Below, in pieces: positions 1-10,196 of a DNA stretch of 64,000 nt (position 1 is the first letter of the stretch; every line of letters starts with the position of its first letter). The translations under genes and the position numbers were made by a program. The DNA comes from Bacteroidaceae bacterium. Its GTDB lineage: Bacteria > Bacteroidota > Bacteroidia > Bacteroidales > Barnesiellaceae_A. The notes beneath the pieces are model-generated. The model did no database searches and had not been told where the DNA came from. It worked only from the letters and a program-made list of their open reading frames with translations. The stretch spans positions 862 to 64,861 of the forward strand of contig JAFZFQ010000037.1 of NCBI GenBank assembly GCA_017555825.1, written 5' to 3'.

Positions 1-586
1 CAAGGTTGTAGAAATAATAGAAGATGCTTCTGGAGCATCAAAGGATAGGTGGGTTGCTATTGTGCCTCACACGTTTATTGATGAAGGCGTTTTTGTGCAG
101 AATTCTGACGACTATTATTGTATAAGCGATGCACCCGAAAATCTTTTAGACATCTTGCGCCTGATGAATGATGTAGGGGTAAAAATGCTCGAGATTACGA
201 TGGAGTATTTGCCTATCATCCTGCTACTTACAGCGCCCTTGCTGTCATTTTCGCTGCACCTTGTTTGGCGCAAGCAGAAGCTTCCCAATATCAATCACTT
301 AATATTCTCGCTGCATTATACAGCTTTTGTTGTATTGCTTATCATTTTTATATACTTGCTATATCTTATTTTTTCGCCACCCAATGAGTTGTTAGAACCT
401 CTGTTCACTGTGGCTTCCTGTGTATATCTTACCATCGCTTTTAGAGAGGTGTATGCAACAACTTCATGGCTCAAGACGATAATTAAGGCTTTTATTACCA
501 GTATGATTTATTTTTCGATACTCGCTTTTATCTTCGTCTGTATATTTATTGCAGCCTGTTTTGTAATAGCAAATCAAATGGCTTAA
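1..586 (+). CDS. Membrane protein, DUF3667-like C-terminal part (5' partial)
   Basis: Frame is open from the window edge (KVVEIIEDASG...). Several TM segments and an 'HLIFSLHYTAF' motif typical of Bacteroidota DUF3667 proteins. Confidence 0.6.
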   Translation, partial: KVVEIIEDASGASKDRWVAIVPHTFIDEGVFVQNSDDYYCISDAPENLLDILRLMNDVGVKMLEITMEYLPIILLLTAPLLSFSLHLVWRKQKLPNINHLIFSLHYTAFVVLLIIFIYLLYLIFSPPNELLEPLFTVASCVYLTIAFREVYATTSWLKTIIKAFITSMIYFSILAFIFVCIFIAACFVIANQMA

Positions 587-610
587 GATTTTAGTAAAAC
601 CCCAAGATAG

Positions 611-647
611 TCCCGAGAAGATCTTCAAGAACTTTTCGGGATTTTTT
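611..647 (+). terminator. Intrinsic terminator
   Basis: TCCCGAGAAG...CTTTTCGGGA stem followed by T6. Confidence 0.65.
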
Positions 648-764
648 GTCTACTTGCCGAGAAGATAAATATTATTAAATACTAATTACTGCGTGCGATT
701 GCAAAAAAATCGCTTACTTTGCATTTATAGTAGGCCGTGTGGCCTGTAACCTCATTTATAGACT

Positions 765-2915
765 ATGGCAGGAAAACAAAATAAACAGGGCAATCGTATG
801 ACCATCAACGATTTGATGCAGCAAATAGTGGCAATATTCAATGCTACTCCCAATACACAATTCAATTACAAGCAAGTATCGCATGCCCTGGGATTGAGGC
901 TTCCTGCCCAGAAAAAGAAGGTGTATGAGGTGCTCTCAACTATGGCTATGCAAGAATTTCTCATAGAGACCTCGCCTGGTCGATTCAAGAAGAAAGACCG
1001 TGGCACGCGCGTTGTGGGTACCTTTGAGCGTCGCAATAATGGCAAAAACCAAGTAGTAACCGAAGAAGGTGAGGCTATATTCGTAGCCGAGCGCAACTCG
1101 ATGCATGCCCTCAATGGCGATAAAGTAGAGGTCTATGTGTTTGCTCGTCGTCGCCATTCAGAGCCTGAAGCCGAGGTAACACAGATTATAGAACGCGCCG
1201 ACAACCTCTTTGTAGGTGTGCTCAACATTGAGAGACAATATGCCTTCTTGATTACCGATAGCAAGACGCTTGCCAATGATATATTTATACCCAAAAACAA
1301 GTTGCGCGGTGGTAAAGATGGCGAGAAGGCTGTTGTGCGCATTACCGAATGGCCCGAACACTCTAAAAACCCCATTGGCGAGGTAGTGGATGTGTTGGGT
1401 GAAGTAGGCGATAACAATACCGAGATGCACGCCATCTTGGCCGAGTTTGGCTTGCCTTATAAATACCCTGAGGCTGTAGAGAAGGCTGCCGATAAGATTT
1501 CGGATGCTATCACGGCCGATGAAATAGCTCGTCGTGAAGATTTTCGTAATGTTACAACCTTTACTATCGACCCTCGCGATGCCAAGGACTTTGACGATGC
1601 GCTGTCTATACGACGTCTGCCCTCGGGCCTGTGGGAGGTGGGTGTACACATTGCCGACGTAACCCATTATGTGCAACCCGGTAGTATCATCGATAAGGAG
1701 GCCGAGAAACGTGCCACATCGGTATATCTTGTAGATCGCACCATACCTATGTTGCCCGAAAGATTGTGCAACTATATATGCTCGCTGCGCCCCGATGAGG
1801 ATAAGTTGGCCTTCTCGTGTATCTTTGAGATGGACGAAAATGCCCATATCAAACATTCGCGCATTGTGCGTACGGTAATACGCTCCGATCGTCGATTTGC
1901 ATACGAAGATGCCCAAGATATTATCGAGGGAGCCGAGGGTGACTATAAAGAAGAGATACTCACACTCAACGACTTGGCGCAAAAGATGCGTGCGCGTCGA
2001 TTTGAAAATGGCTCTATAAGTTTCGATCGCCAGGAGGTGCGCTTTGAGATTGACGAGAAAGGACACCCCATCAGCGTATACTTCAAGGTGGCTAAGGAGG
2101 CTAATATGCTCATCGAAGAGTTTATGCTATTGGCCAACTGTACTGTTGCCGAGGCAGTAGGAAAGACTGCTGCCGGCAAGAAAGGCAAGAGCTTTGTATA
2201 CCGTATACACGACCTGCCCGACCCGTCTAAAATCAACGACTTGTCGGTGTTCATAGGCCGATTTGGCTATCGAACACGTCTGCACAACAATACCAAGGAT
2301 CTCTCGAAAAACATCAACCGATTGATGCAGGAGATAAAAGGTCGCCCCGAAGAGAACTTAATATCGACCATAGCCATACGCTCGATGTCGAAAGCGATAT
2401 ATTCTACCGATAACATAGGCCACTATGGACTCGGATTTGACTACTATACACACTTTACATCGCCCATACGCCGTTATCCTGATATGATGGTACATCGTCT
2501 CATCGACCGCTACCTCAATGGTGGTCGCAGTGCAGTAGAGCAGTCGCTTGAGTCGAAGTGCAAGCACTCGTCGGAGATGGAGCAGCTTGCTGCCAATGCC
2601 GAGCGTGCCTCTATCAAGTACAAGCAAGTGGAGTTCCTCAGCGACAAACTTGGCGAGGAGTACGACGGTGTAATATCGGGTGTTACCGAGTGGGGCTTGT
2701 ATGTAGAGATAGATGAGAATAAGTGCGAGGGTCTTATCCCCATACGCGACCTTGACGACGACTACTACGAGATAGACGAGAAAAACTATGCCTTGGTAGG
2801 ACGTCGCACACATCGCACATACCGCCTTGGCGACCCTGTGCGCATTGTCATTGCCAATGCCAACCTTGAGAAGAAACAGCTCGATTTTGCCCTTGTGCGC
2901 ACGCTCAAGCGATAA
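765..2915 (+). CDS. rnr: Ribonuclease R
   Basis: RNB motifs TIDPRDAKDFDDA, VHIADV and HFTSPIRRYPD; cold-shock domains and C-terminal S1. Confidence 0.97.
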   Translation: MAGKQNKQGNRMTINDLMQQIVAIFNATPNTQFNYKQVSHALGLRLPAQKKKVYEVLSTMAMQEFLIETSPGRFKKKDRGTRVVGTFERRNNGKNQVVTEEGEAIFVAERNSMHALNGDKVEVYVFARRRHSEPEAEVTQIIERADNLFVGVLNIERQYAFLITDSKTLANDIFIPKNKLRGGKDGEKAVVRITEWPEHSKNPIGEVVDVLGEVGDNNTEMHAILAEFGLPYKYPEAVEKAADKISDAITADEIARREDFRNVTTFTIDPRDAKDFDDALSIRRLPSGLWEVGVHIADVTHYVQPGSIIDKEAEKRATSVYLVDRTIPMLPERLCNYICSLRPDEDKLAFSCIFEMDENAHIKHSRIVRTVIRSDRRFAYEDAQDIIEGAEGDYKEEILTLNDLAQKMRARRFENGSISFDRQEVRFEIDEKGHPISVYFKVAKEANMLIEEFMLLANCTVAEAVGKTAAGKKGKSFVYRIHDLPDPSKINDLSVFIGRFGYRTRLHNNTKDLSKNINRLMQEIKGRPEENLISTIAIRSMSKAIYSTDNIGHYGLGFDYYTHFTSPIRRYPDMMVHRLIDRYLNGGRSAVEQSLESKCKHSSEMEQLAANAERASIKYKQVEFLSDKLGEEYDGVISGVTEWGLYVEIDENKCEGLIPIRDLDDDYYEIDEKNYALVGRRTHRTYRLGDPVRIVIANANLEKKQLDFALVRTLKR

Positions 2916-2936
2916 ACAATATATAGCAATACCCAC

Positions 2937-4403
2937 ATGTCACAACAGCGACTGCAACAAGAACAGAAACTGCAACAGAAACTCTCTCCGCAGCAAATAC
3001 AGCTCATGCGACTCTTGGAGTTGAATGAGCCGGAGATGGAGGAGCGTATCAAGCAAGAGTTGGTAGAAAATCCGGCTCTTGAAGAGGGTATTGATGCCTC
3101 ACACGACGACAATTATAGCAGTGGTGAGGGCAACTATGACGAGGAGGGCTACCCTGTAGAGAGTGCCGAGCAGTTGTCGTTGGGCGATTATTATTCGGAA
3201 GATGACATACCCGACTATCGTTTTGGCTCACACAACTACTCGCCCGACGACCGCCAGGAGCAGACTCCCATAGGTGCCGGCTCGTCGTTTCATGAGTTCT
3301 TGATTGAGCAATTGACGATACGCCAACTCAACGAGACGGAGCGTCACATTGCCGAGTATATCATTGGTAACATCGATGACAATGGCTACTTGCAGCGCAC
3401 ACTCGATGCTATATCCGACGACCTCATATTTCAGATAGGCATAGATGTCTCTACCGACGAGATTGCGCGCATATTGTCGGTAATACAAGATTTTGAGCCA
3501 GCCGGTGTGGGTGCTACTTCGCTACAAGAGTGCCTGTTGTTGCAGTTGGAGCGTCGCAGTGGCACTCCCTCCAACATGCTGGCCTATCGCATCATCAATG
3601 AGGCTTTTGACGCTTTTACCAAGAAGCATTACGACAAGATTATCAAGCAGTTTGACGTGACCGAAGAGGCCTTGCGTGACGCCAATCACGAGATAAACAA
3701 CCTCAATCCCAAGCCCGGCAGTGCGTGGAGCGACAACGATACTCCCTCGGAGCAGATAACTCCCGACTTTGAGGTGTATGAGCAAGATGGCTCGTTGGTT
3801 ATCAACCATATTTCGGGCAATATACCCTCGCTCATGGTGAGTAGGCAATATAGAGAGATGTTTGAAGACTATAACGCCAACAAGCAAAATCGTACCCGTG
3901 AGCGCCGCGATGCACTGCTCTTTGTCAAGCAAAAGTTGGATGCTGCACAGTGGTTTGTCAATGCTGTGCGACAACGCCAGAAGACGCTGTTGGATACCAT
4001 TACCGCTATTGTAGAGTTGCAACAAGACTTCTTCTTTACCGGTATGGAGAGTGACTTGCGCCCGATGGTATTGCGCGACGTGTCGGAAAAAACCGGTTAT
4101 GACATCTCTACCATATCGCGTGCTACAAGTACGAAATATGTGCAGACCTCTTTTGGTATCTATCCTCTCAAGCACTTCTTCTCGGAGGGTGTGCAAAATA
4201 CCGACGGCGACGAAGTCTCTACTCGCGAGATAAAACATATACTGCAACAATGTGTCGATAGTGAGGACAAAGCGGCTCCCTTGTCCGACGACCGCTTGTG
4301 CGAACTCTTGCATCAAAAAGGCTATCCTATAGCCCGTCGCACGGTAGCCAAGTATCGCGAGCAGTTGGGTATTCCGGTGGCACGTTTGCGCCGGGAGATA
4401 TAG
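2937..4403 (+). CDS. rpoN: RNA polymerase sigma-54 factor
   Basis: Gln/Leu-rich N-terminus, ENPALE, RpoN box ARRTVAKYRE. Confidence 0.97.
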   Translation: MSQQRLQQEQKLQQKLSPQQIQLMRLLELNEPEMEERIKQELVENPALEEGIDASHDDNYSSGEGNYDEEGYPVESAEQLSLGDYYSEDDIPDYRFGSHNYSPDDRQEQTPIGAGSSFHEFLIEQLTIRQLNETERHIAEYIIGNIDDNGYLQRTLDAISDDLIFQIGIDVSTDEIARILSVIQDFEPAGVGATSLQECLLLQLERRSGTPSNMLAYRIINEAFDAFTKKHYDKIIKQFDVTEEALRDANHEINNLNPKPGSAWSDNDTPSEQITPDFEVYEQDGSLVINHISGNIPSLMVSRQYREMFEDYNANKQNRTRERRDALLFVKQKLDAAQWFVNAVRQRQKTLLDTITAIVELQQDFFFTGMESDLRPMVLRDVSEKTGYDISTISRATSTKYVQTSFGIYPLKHFFSEGVQNTDGDEVSTREIKHILQQCVDSEDKAAPLSDDRLCELLHQKGYPIARRTVAKYREQLGIPVARLRREI

Positions 4404-4560
4404 TCAAGAAGCAATCCCTGCGAAAAATCGCACTTTTTTATAAAATTTTTCAATAAAATATGTACATTTGCATATTGTGGCTTGTTATGTATTACAAGGT
4501 CGCATATAGACTGCTGTAACATAATATTTTGTAAAACATAATTTTAATACACATAAAGAT

Positions 4561-5196
4561 ATGAAACTCTTTGCACGCATTTGCTCGACTATATTCCACC
4601 CCCTTATCATGGCTACGCTGGGTATTTTTCTGTCGTTGTACTACTCATACATGAGAATGTTGGGCACAGAGTATATTATCAATGTGTCGTTGATGGTTAT
4701 ATTGATCACCATCTTTATACCCTCGTTGGGTATTTTGTTGCTCTATAAAACCAAGTACATCAAGAGTATAGGTCTTGTTAATCGCACCGAGCGCACGTTG
4801 CCCTATCTGCTCTTTTTTGTATGTTATATAGTGGCTACAATCTTCCTGTGGTATGCCAACTTGCGTGGCATGCAGTTTGGTTTCTTTGTAGGAGGACTTC
4901 TGGCTATTGTACTCGACTTGATTGTCAATCGTTGGTGGAAGATAAGTGTACACATGACGGCTATAGGCTGCCTCACAGGCCTCATATTTGTAATGAGCTA
5001 CATGCAATATATCATGTATACCGAGTATATTCCCTATCTGCAAGTAGCAGCCATTATTGCCTCGGGAGCCTTGGGTTCGTCGCGCATCATATTGCGTCGT
5101 CACACCATCGGTCAGGTATGTTGCGGATTTATCAACGGCTTTTTCTGGGTCTTTGTCTCATGCCTGTTGGCCACTACAATGCAATATATACAATAA
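4561..5196 (+). CDS. PAP2-like integral membrane protein
   Basis: About six TM helices, KISVHM and SRIILRRHT motifs; TACATTTG promoter element upstream. Confidence 0.7.
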   Translation: MKLFARICSTIFHPLIMATLGIFLSLYYSYMRMLGTEYIINVSLMVILITIFIPSLGILLLYKTKYIKSIGLVNRTERTLPYLLFFVCYIVATIFLWYANLRGMQFGFFVGGLLAIVLDLIVNRWWKISVHMTAIGCLTGLIFVMSYMQYIMYTEYIPYLQVAAIIASGALGSSRIILRRHTIGQVCCGFINGFFWVFVSCLLATTMQYIQ

Positions 5197-5214
5197 ACAT
5201 AACACAATATACAC

Positions 5215-5721
5215 ATGCAACCTATTGTTAGTATTATTATGGGCAGTACCTCCGATATGCCCATTATGGAAAAAGCTGCACAGCTTCTCAACGACTTCCA
5301 AATACCGTTTGAAATAAATGCCCTCTCGGCACACCGTACACCGGCGCAAGTCGAAGAGTTTGCCCGCAATGCCCACAAGCGTGGCGTGAAGGTGATCATA
5401 GCCGCAGCCGGTATGGCAGCCCACCTGCCCGGTGTTATTGCCGCCATGACACCCCTGCCTGTGATTGGTGTACCCATCAAGTCGACTCTTGAGGGTATGG
5501 ATGCCCTCTTGGCTATTGTGCAAATGCCTCCCGGTATTCCCGTTGCCACTGTAGGTATCAATGCCGGTCTCAATGCCGCTATCTTGGCTACACAGATACT
5601 TGCCCTTGGCGACGAAAATATTGCTCGTAAAGTGAGTGAATATAAGGAAAACCTCGCCGGAAAGATTACCAAGGCCAACGAGGAATTGGCTCAAATCAAG
5701 TACGAATACAAGACAAACTAA
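5215..5721 (+). CDS. purE: N5-CAIR mutase
   Basis: IIMGSTSD, SAHRTP, AGMAAHLPG and QMPPGIPVATV motifs. Confidence 0.97.
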   Translation: MQPIVSIIMGSTSDMPIMEKAAQLLNDFQIPFEINALSAHRTPAQVEEFARNAHKRGVKVIIAAAGMAAHLPGVIAAMTPLPVIGVPIKSTLEGMDALLAIVQMPPGIPVATVGINAGLNAAILATQILALGDENIARKVSEYKENLAGKITKANEELAQIKYEYKTN

Positions 5722-5748
5722 ATAGTAGAGTTGTTATAAAAGCATAGA

Positions 5749-5794
5749 CAATTGGTCCGATTGGTGGGGCACTGCCTGCCGATTGGACTCATTG
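5749..5794 (+). repeat. Intercistronic G-U-rich hairpin containing two CCGATTGG units
   Basis: GGTCCGATTGGTGGG pairs with CCTGCCGATTGGACT using several G-U pairs; no U-tract. Confidence 0.45.
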
Positions 5795-5823
5795 GTATAT
5801 AAAGAAAAATAAAACTTATAGCC

Positions 5824-7635
5824 ATGTACAATTATCGTCGTCGCAAAACCATAGAGGTACACATCGGTAATACTCCGTTGGGTGGTGACAATCCTATACG
5901 CATACAATCCATGACCAATACCTCTACCCTTGACACGCCTGCAAGTGTAGAGCAATGTGTGGCCATCGTAGAGGCCGGTGCGCATTATGTGCGACTCACA
6001 GCGCAAGGTATTCGTGAGGCCGAAAACTTGGCCAATATACGTCGAGAATTGCGTGAGAGAGGCTACACAACACCTCTTGTTGCCGACATACACTTCAATC
6101 CTCATGCTGCCGATGTGGCTGCCGAGAATGTCGAGAAGGTGCGCATCAATCCTGGTAACTTTGTCGACCGTATCAAGACCTTCCAGCAGTATAACTACAC
6201 CGATGAGGAGTATGCTGCCGAGTTGCAACGCATACGTGAGCGTTTCACGCCCTTTATCAATATATGCAAGGAGCATCACACTGCCATACGCATAGGTGTC
6301 AACCATGGCTCGCTCTCCGATCGCATTATGAGTCGCTATGGCGATACTCCGCAGGGTATGGTGGAGTCGTGCTTGGAGTTTTTGCGCGTGTGTCGCGATG
6401 AAGATTTCAGCGATGTGGTTATCTCTATCAAGGCTTCCAATACGGTGGTGATGGTAGAGACTGTGCGTCGACTCGTTGAGGCAATGGATGCCGAGGATAT
6501 GCACTTCCCCCTACACTTGGGTGTGACCGAGGCCGGCGATAGCGAAGATGGTCGCATCAAATCGGCTGTTGGTATAGGTACGCTCTTGGCACAAGGTATA
6601 GGCGATACTATTCGTGTGTCGCTCAGCGAAGATCCGCAAAATGAGGTTCCCGTGGCATATAAGTTGGTCGACTATATCACCGCTCGTGAGGGGCATGCTC
6701 CTATCGAAGGTTGTCGTCTTGCCGACTATTCGCCCGTTGTGCCTCAGCCACGCAATACACATGCTTGTGGTGTGGTAGGCAATGGCCAGTTGCCTGTAGT
6801 GATAGGCTCGGCTTGTGGCAAGCTCACCCCCGACTTTGTATATGCAGGCACTCAAATGCCGCACGAAGCCCCCGCACAGCGCACCATTGTCGACGCTGAG
6901 GTATATGTGGCGATGGACAATGTGTATCCGCTTTTTAAAGCCTCTCAAATCGATGATATGTCTCAAGTGGATGCTGCTATCAAGTTTGTACAGATAGCCT
7001 GCTCTGAGGCCAATACTGCCCTTTTGGAACGTGTTGCTAACATGAAAGAGGCCGTGATAATACTCACCTCGCAACATGCCAATCCTGTGGGCGACTGCCA
7101 GGCTGTTGTCGACCGCATGAAGATGGCGGGAGTGACTACGCCTGTTATATTCCGTGCAACCTATTGCGAGAATTGTGCCGAAGACTTGCAAGTGAAGTCG
7201 GGTGCCGATCTCGGTGCGCTTATGCTCGACCATTATGGCGAGGGTCTCTGGTTGGAGAATTTGGGTGCTGTTGCCGCGGGCGATTGTACCGACTATGCCT
7301 TTGGTATATTGCAAGCAGCGCGCTTGCGCACCAGTAAGACCGAGTATATATCGTGCCCGAGTTGTGGTCGCACGCTGTTCAACTTACAACAAACCATAGC
7401 TCGTGTCAAGGCTGCCACTTCGCACCTCAAAGAGTTGAAGATTGGTATCATGGGTTGTATTGTCAATGGACCGGGTGAGATGGCCGATGCCGACTATGGA
7501 TATGTGGGCTGTGGCCCTCGTCGCATAGCCTTGTATAAGGGAAAGACTTGCATTGAGCGCAATATACCCGAGGAAGAGGCTGTTGAACACCTCATAAACC
7601 TCATTAAAGAGAATGGCGATTGGCGCGAAGCCTGA
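5824..7635 (+). CDS. ispG: HMBPP synthase (long form)
   Basis: IQSMT, ADIHF, RINPGN, RIGVNHGSLS, ISCPSCGRT and MGCIVNGPGE motifs. Confidence 0.97.
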   Translation: MYNYRRRKTIEVHIGNTPLGGDNPIRIQSMTNTSTLDTPASVEQCVAIVEAGAHYVRLTAQGIREAENLANIRRELRERGYTTPLVADIHFNPHAADVAAENVEKVRINPGNFVDRIKTFQQYNYTDEEYAAELQRIRERFTPFINICKEHHTAIRIGVNHGSLSDRIMSRYGDTPQGMVESCLEFLRVCRDEDFSDVVISIKASNTVVMVETVRRLVEAMDAEDMHFPLHLGVTEAGDSEDGRIKSAVGIGTLLAQGIGDTIRVSLSEDPQNEVPVAYKLVDYITAREGHAPIEGCRLADYSPVVPQPRNTHACGVVGNGQLPVVIGSACGKLTPDFVYAGTQMPHEAPAQRTIVDAEVYVAMDNVYPLFKASQIDDMSQVDAAIKFVQIACSEANTALLERVANMKEAVIILTSQHANPVGDCQAVVDRMKMAGVTTPVIFRATYCENCAEDLQVKSGADLGALMLDHYGEGLWLENLGAVAAGDCTDYAFGILQAARLRTSKTEYISCPSCGRTLFNLQQTIARVKAATSHLKELKIGIMGCIVNGPGEMADADYGYVGCGPRRIALYKGKTCIERNIPEEEAVEHLINLIKENGDWREA

Positions 7636-7654
7636 TGTAACGATATGTATATAT

Positions 7655-7696
7655 AACAAAAAGCAGCTCTCACGATGGTGGAAGCTGCTTTTTGTT
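7655..7696. terminator. Bidirectional intrinsic terminator between ispG and the AsnC gene
   Basis: AACAAAAAGCAGCT...AGCTGCTTTTTGTT inverted repeat between convergent genes. Confidence 0.85.
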
Positions 7697-7716
7697 TCTT
7701 ATAGGTAAGAGGGAAA

Positions 7717-8214
7717 TTAGTTCTCGGCTTTTTTCTTGCGACCGCGTGCTTTCACTTTGTGTACAACGGGCACTTTGCGCTCCATGCTTTGTTCGAGCGA
7801 AATGAGCGTGTCGGTAGAGATTACGCCGGGGATGTTTTGGATGCGGTCGTTGAGCAATTCCATGAGGTGCTCGTTGTTATAGGCATACAACTTGCACAAT
7901 ACGGTGAACGGGCCTGTGGTAAAGTGACACTCAACAATTTCTTGGATTTTTTCCAATTCGGGAAGAACCTCACGATACATATTTGCTCGTTCGAGTCGCA
8001 CACCAATGTAGGTGCAAGTGTGGTAGCCAAGCACTTTGGGATCTACATGATAGCCCGATCCGGTGATAACGTTCAGGTCGATCATGCGTTGAATGCGTTG
8101 GTGAACGGCTGCACGCGATACGCCACATACTGTAGCAACATCTTTCGACGGGATGCGTGCGTTGTGCATAATAACCTCCAGAATTCGGCGGTCCAAATCA
8201 TCAATTTTTTCCAT
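7717..8214 (-). CDS. Lrp/AsnC family transcriptional regulator
   Basis: DDLDRRIL, N-terminal HTH, 'VECHFTTG' RAM domain. Confidence 0.92.
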   Translation of the reverse strand: MEKIDDLDRRILEVIMHNARIPSKDVATVCGVSRAAVHQRIQRMIDLNVITGSGYHVDPKVLGYHTCTYIGVRLERANMYREVLPELEKIQEIVECHFTTGPFTVLCKLYAYNNEHLMELLNDRIQNIPGVISTDTLISLEQSMERKVPVVHKVKARGRKKKAEN

Positions 8215-8422
8215 AATAATACCGTTTTTATTTTTGTTTTTTACTAAATATCACATTTTTGTGTTGCAATGATTTAGCAAAACTAAAAATAATATTTGAT
8301 AATGTAAAACTTTTGGTCGGTTTTTTATTGTTTTGTAGTAAAAAAGTTTGAAAACAACTCTGTGTATATGTGTAAAGCTATATTATATGCCTTTTTCCAT
8401 GTGTAAATTTATCTTCCCAAAA

Positions 8423-8454
8423 CAAAAAAAGGTTGCTAAAGATAGCAACCTTTG
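8423..8454 (-). terminator. Terminator after the FKBP pair
   Basis: AAAGGTTGCTA/TAGCAACCTTT stem with a U-tract on the minus strand. Confidence 0.7.
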
Positions 8455-8478
8455 TATATTATTACAGAAATTTGTCAA

Positions 8479-9351
8479 TTACTTGGCCAATCCGATAGTC
8501 TCAACCTCAAATACGAGAGTAGAGTTTGAAGGCATGTCGGCACCTCTACCGCGCACACCGTAGGCGAGGTCTGAGGGGATGTAAAGGATATACTTGGCAC
8601 CAGGCGACATCAATTGAAGACCTTCGCCAAAACCGGGCACCATTTGCGATGCAACAAATTTTACGTTGTTGCCTTGGTCGAAGATGGTGTCGTTTACAAA
8701 CTTACCTACGTAGTTCAACTCAATGCGGTCCGAAGCCTTGAATGTCTTGCCGTTACCCTCTTTTACAACCTTGTAGAGAAGGCCCGAAGCGGTCTTTTGT
8801 ACACCCTCTTCTTGCTCTTTGGCAGCGAGGAAAGCCATACCGGCCTCAAGGTTGGCAATAGCCTCGGGAGTGTTGGCTATAGAGTCGAGTTCGGCTTGCT
8901 CTTTGGCCTCGCGAGCTGCTGCTACGATGCTATCGCATATAGCGTTTACTCTTTGCTTGTCGATAGCCAATGTTGTGTCGCCACTCAATACTTGTGCATA
9001 GGCTACAACGAATGTGTTGAAGTCCATGTCGAGAGCAAATTGCTCAGACATTTGCTCGAAGCTCTTCTTCATTTGTATACCGTCGTTCAAGCCTTTGTAG
9101 TATGAAGTTTGTTCGTCGGTAGACTTGGCAGCCTCTTTAATACCTTTCAAGTATTGGTTGATGTCGAGTTCGTTCAAGTCGGGGTATACGCCCATAGCCT
9201 TAGCCTCGGCCAAGCGTGAACCTTGCATTATACCTACACCGTAGCTGAGTGTGTCGGCAGCGTTATCGAGTCTTGCAGCGCTGTGGTTGCCACATGAGCA
9301 CACATTCATCATGAAAGCTGCACCCAATGCAAATACAAAAAATTTCTTCAT
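8479..9351 (-). CDS. FKBP-type peptidyl-prolyl isomerase, probable lipoprotein
   Basis: Lipobox-like 'VCSC', DTLSYGVG, TASGLLYKV, YIPSDLAYG, LVFEVE. Confidence 0.9.
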   Translation of the reverse strand: MKKFFVFALGAAFMMNVCSCGNHSAARLDNAADTLSYGVGIMQGSRLAEAKAMGVYPDLNELDINQYLKGIKEAAKSTDEQTSYYKGLNDGIQMKKSFEQMSEQFALDMDFNTFVVAYAQVLSGDTTLAIDKQRVNAICDSIVAAAREAKEQAELDSIANTPEAIANLEAGMAFLAAKEQEEGVQKTASGLLYKVVKEGNGKTFKASDRIELNYVGKFVNDTIFDQGNNVKFVASQMVPGFGEGLQLMSPGAKYILYIPSDLAYGVRGRGADMPSNSTLVFEVETIGLAK

Positions 9352-9367
9352 CGTTGTAATGGTGTTA

Positions 9368-9958
9368 TTAGATTACTTTAATCAATTCAACTTCGAAAAT
9401 AAGTGTAGCGTGGGGAGGGATGGGGCCTGCACCTTGTGCGCCGTAACCCAACTTCGAGGGGATGTAGAGTTTCCAGCGTGAGCCTTCGTTCATCAATTGA
9501 AGAGCCTCTACCCAACCGGGGATAACTTGGTTTACACCAAATACAGCGGGTGTGCCACGTTGTACCGAGCTGTCGAATACCATACCGTCGATGAGTGTAC
9601 CGTGATAGTGGCATTGTACCTTGTCGGTAGCTTTGGGTTGGCGACCCTCGCCTGTAGCGAGTACTTCATATTGCAATCCGCTGGGGAGTGTTATCACGCC
9701 TTCGCGTTTGGCATTCTCGGCCAAGAAATCTTCGCCGGCCTTCAAGTTTGCCTCGGCAGCCTTCTCGGCTTCGGCTTGCAATTGTGTGAAAAACTCGTTG
9801 ATAATTTGTTTTGCCTCGTCGATGCTGATGGCGGGCTCTTTAGCCTCCAATACGCAACGTACGCCTTCGGCGAAGTCATCTACGTTCAACTTGTTGATGC
9901 CCGATGCGAGGTAGCTGTAACCTACGTTCAAGCCAAGTGAATAACTCAATTTGTCCAT
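9368..9958 (-). CDS. fklB: FKBP-type peptidyl-prolyl isomerase (FklB-like)
   Basis: MDKLSYSLG, LPSGLQYEV, HYHGTLIDG.VFDSS, VIPGW; TATCTTTG promoter at 10024-10031 on minus. Confidence 0.88.
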   Translation of the reverse strand: MDKLSYSLGLNVGYSYLASGINKLNVDDFAEGVRCVLEAKEPAISIDEAKQIINEFFTQLQAEAEKAAEANLKAGEDFLAENAKREGVITLPSGLQYEVLATGEGRQPKATDKVQCHYHGTLIDGMVFDSSVQRGTPAVFGVNQVIPGWVEALQLMNEGSRWKLYIPSKLGYGAQGAGPIPPHATLIFEVELIKVI

Positions 9959-10196
9959 AATCGTTTTTTATTTATTTGTTATATATTTCTTACAGTGAAA
10001 CGGGGTTTCTGTTTTTGCGAATGCAAAGATATACTCTTTCGTTTAATTGAGGAGTTAAAAATAACATAAAAATAACACTCATTTGGTCGCACAATCAATT
10101 ATTTTTTCGATATTTACACCACACACACTATGCCCTCAACGACTATTGTACAGATTGGGTTGTAAGGTAGTGGCTGTAATAGAAAAATATAGAACT

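Noticed and set aside
1158-2066. Long antisense ORFs (also 12925-13947, 23290-24309, 39689-40843, 46890-47735, 58491-59399)
   Set aside because: They shadow well-supported genes on the opposite strand, have no motifs, and are explained by codon bias.
10083-10196. N-terminal extensions in the ORF track (cobB; also 29750, 32832, 37147, 49716, 53133, 55152)
   Set aside because: They run through promoter regions; downstream ATGs give family-typical N-termini or signal peptides.
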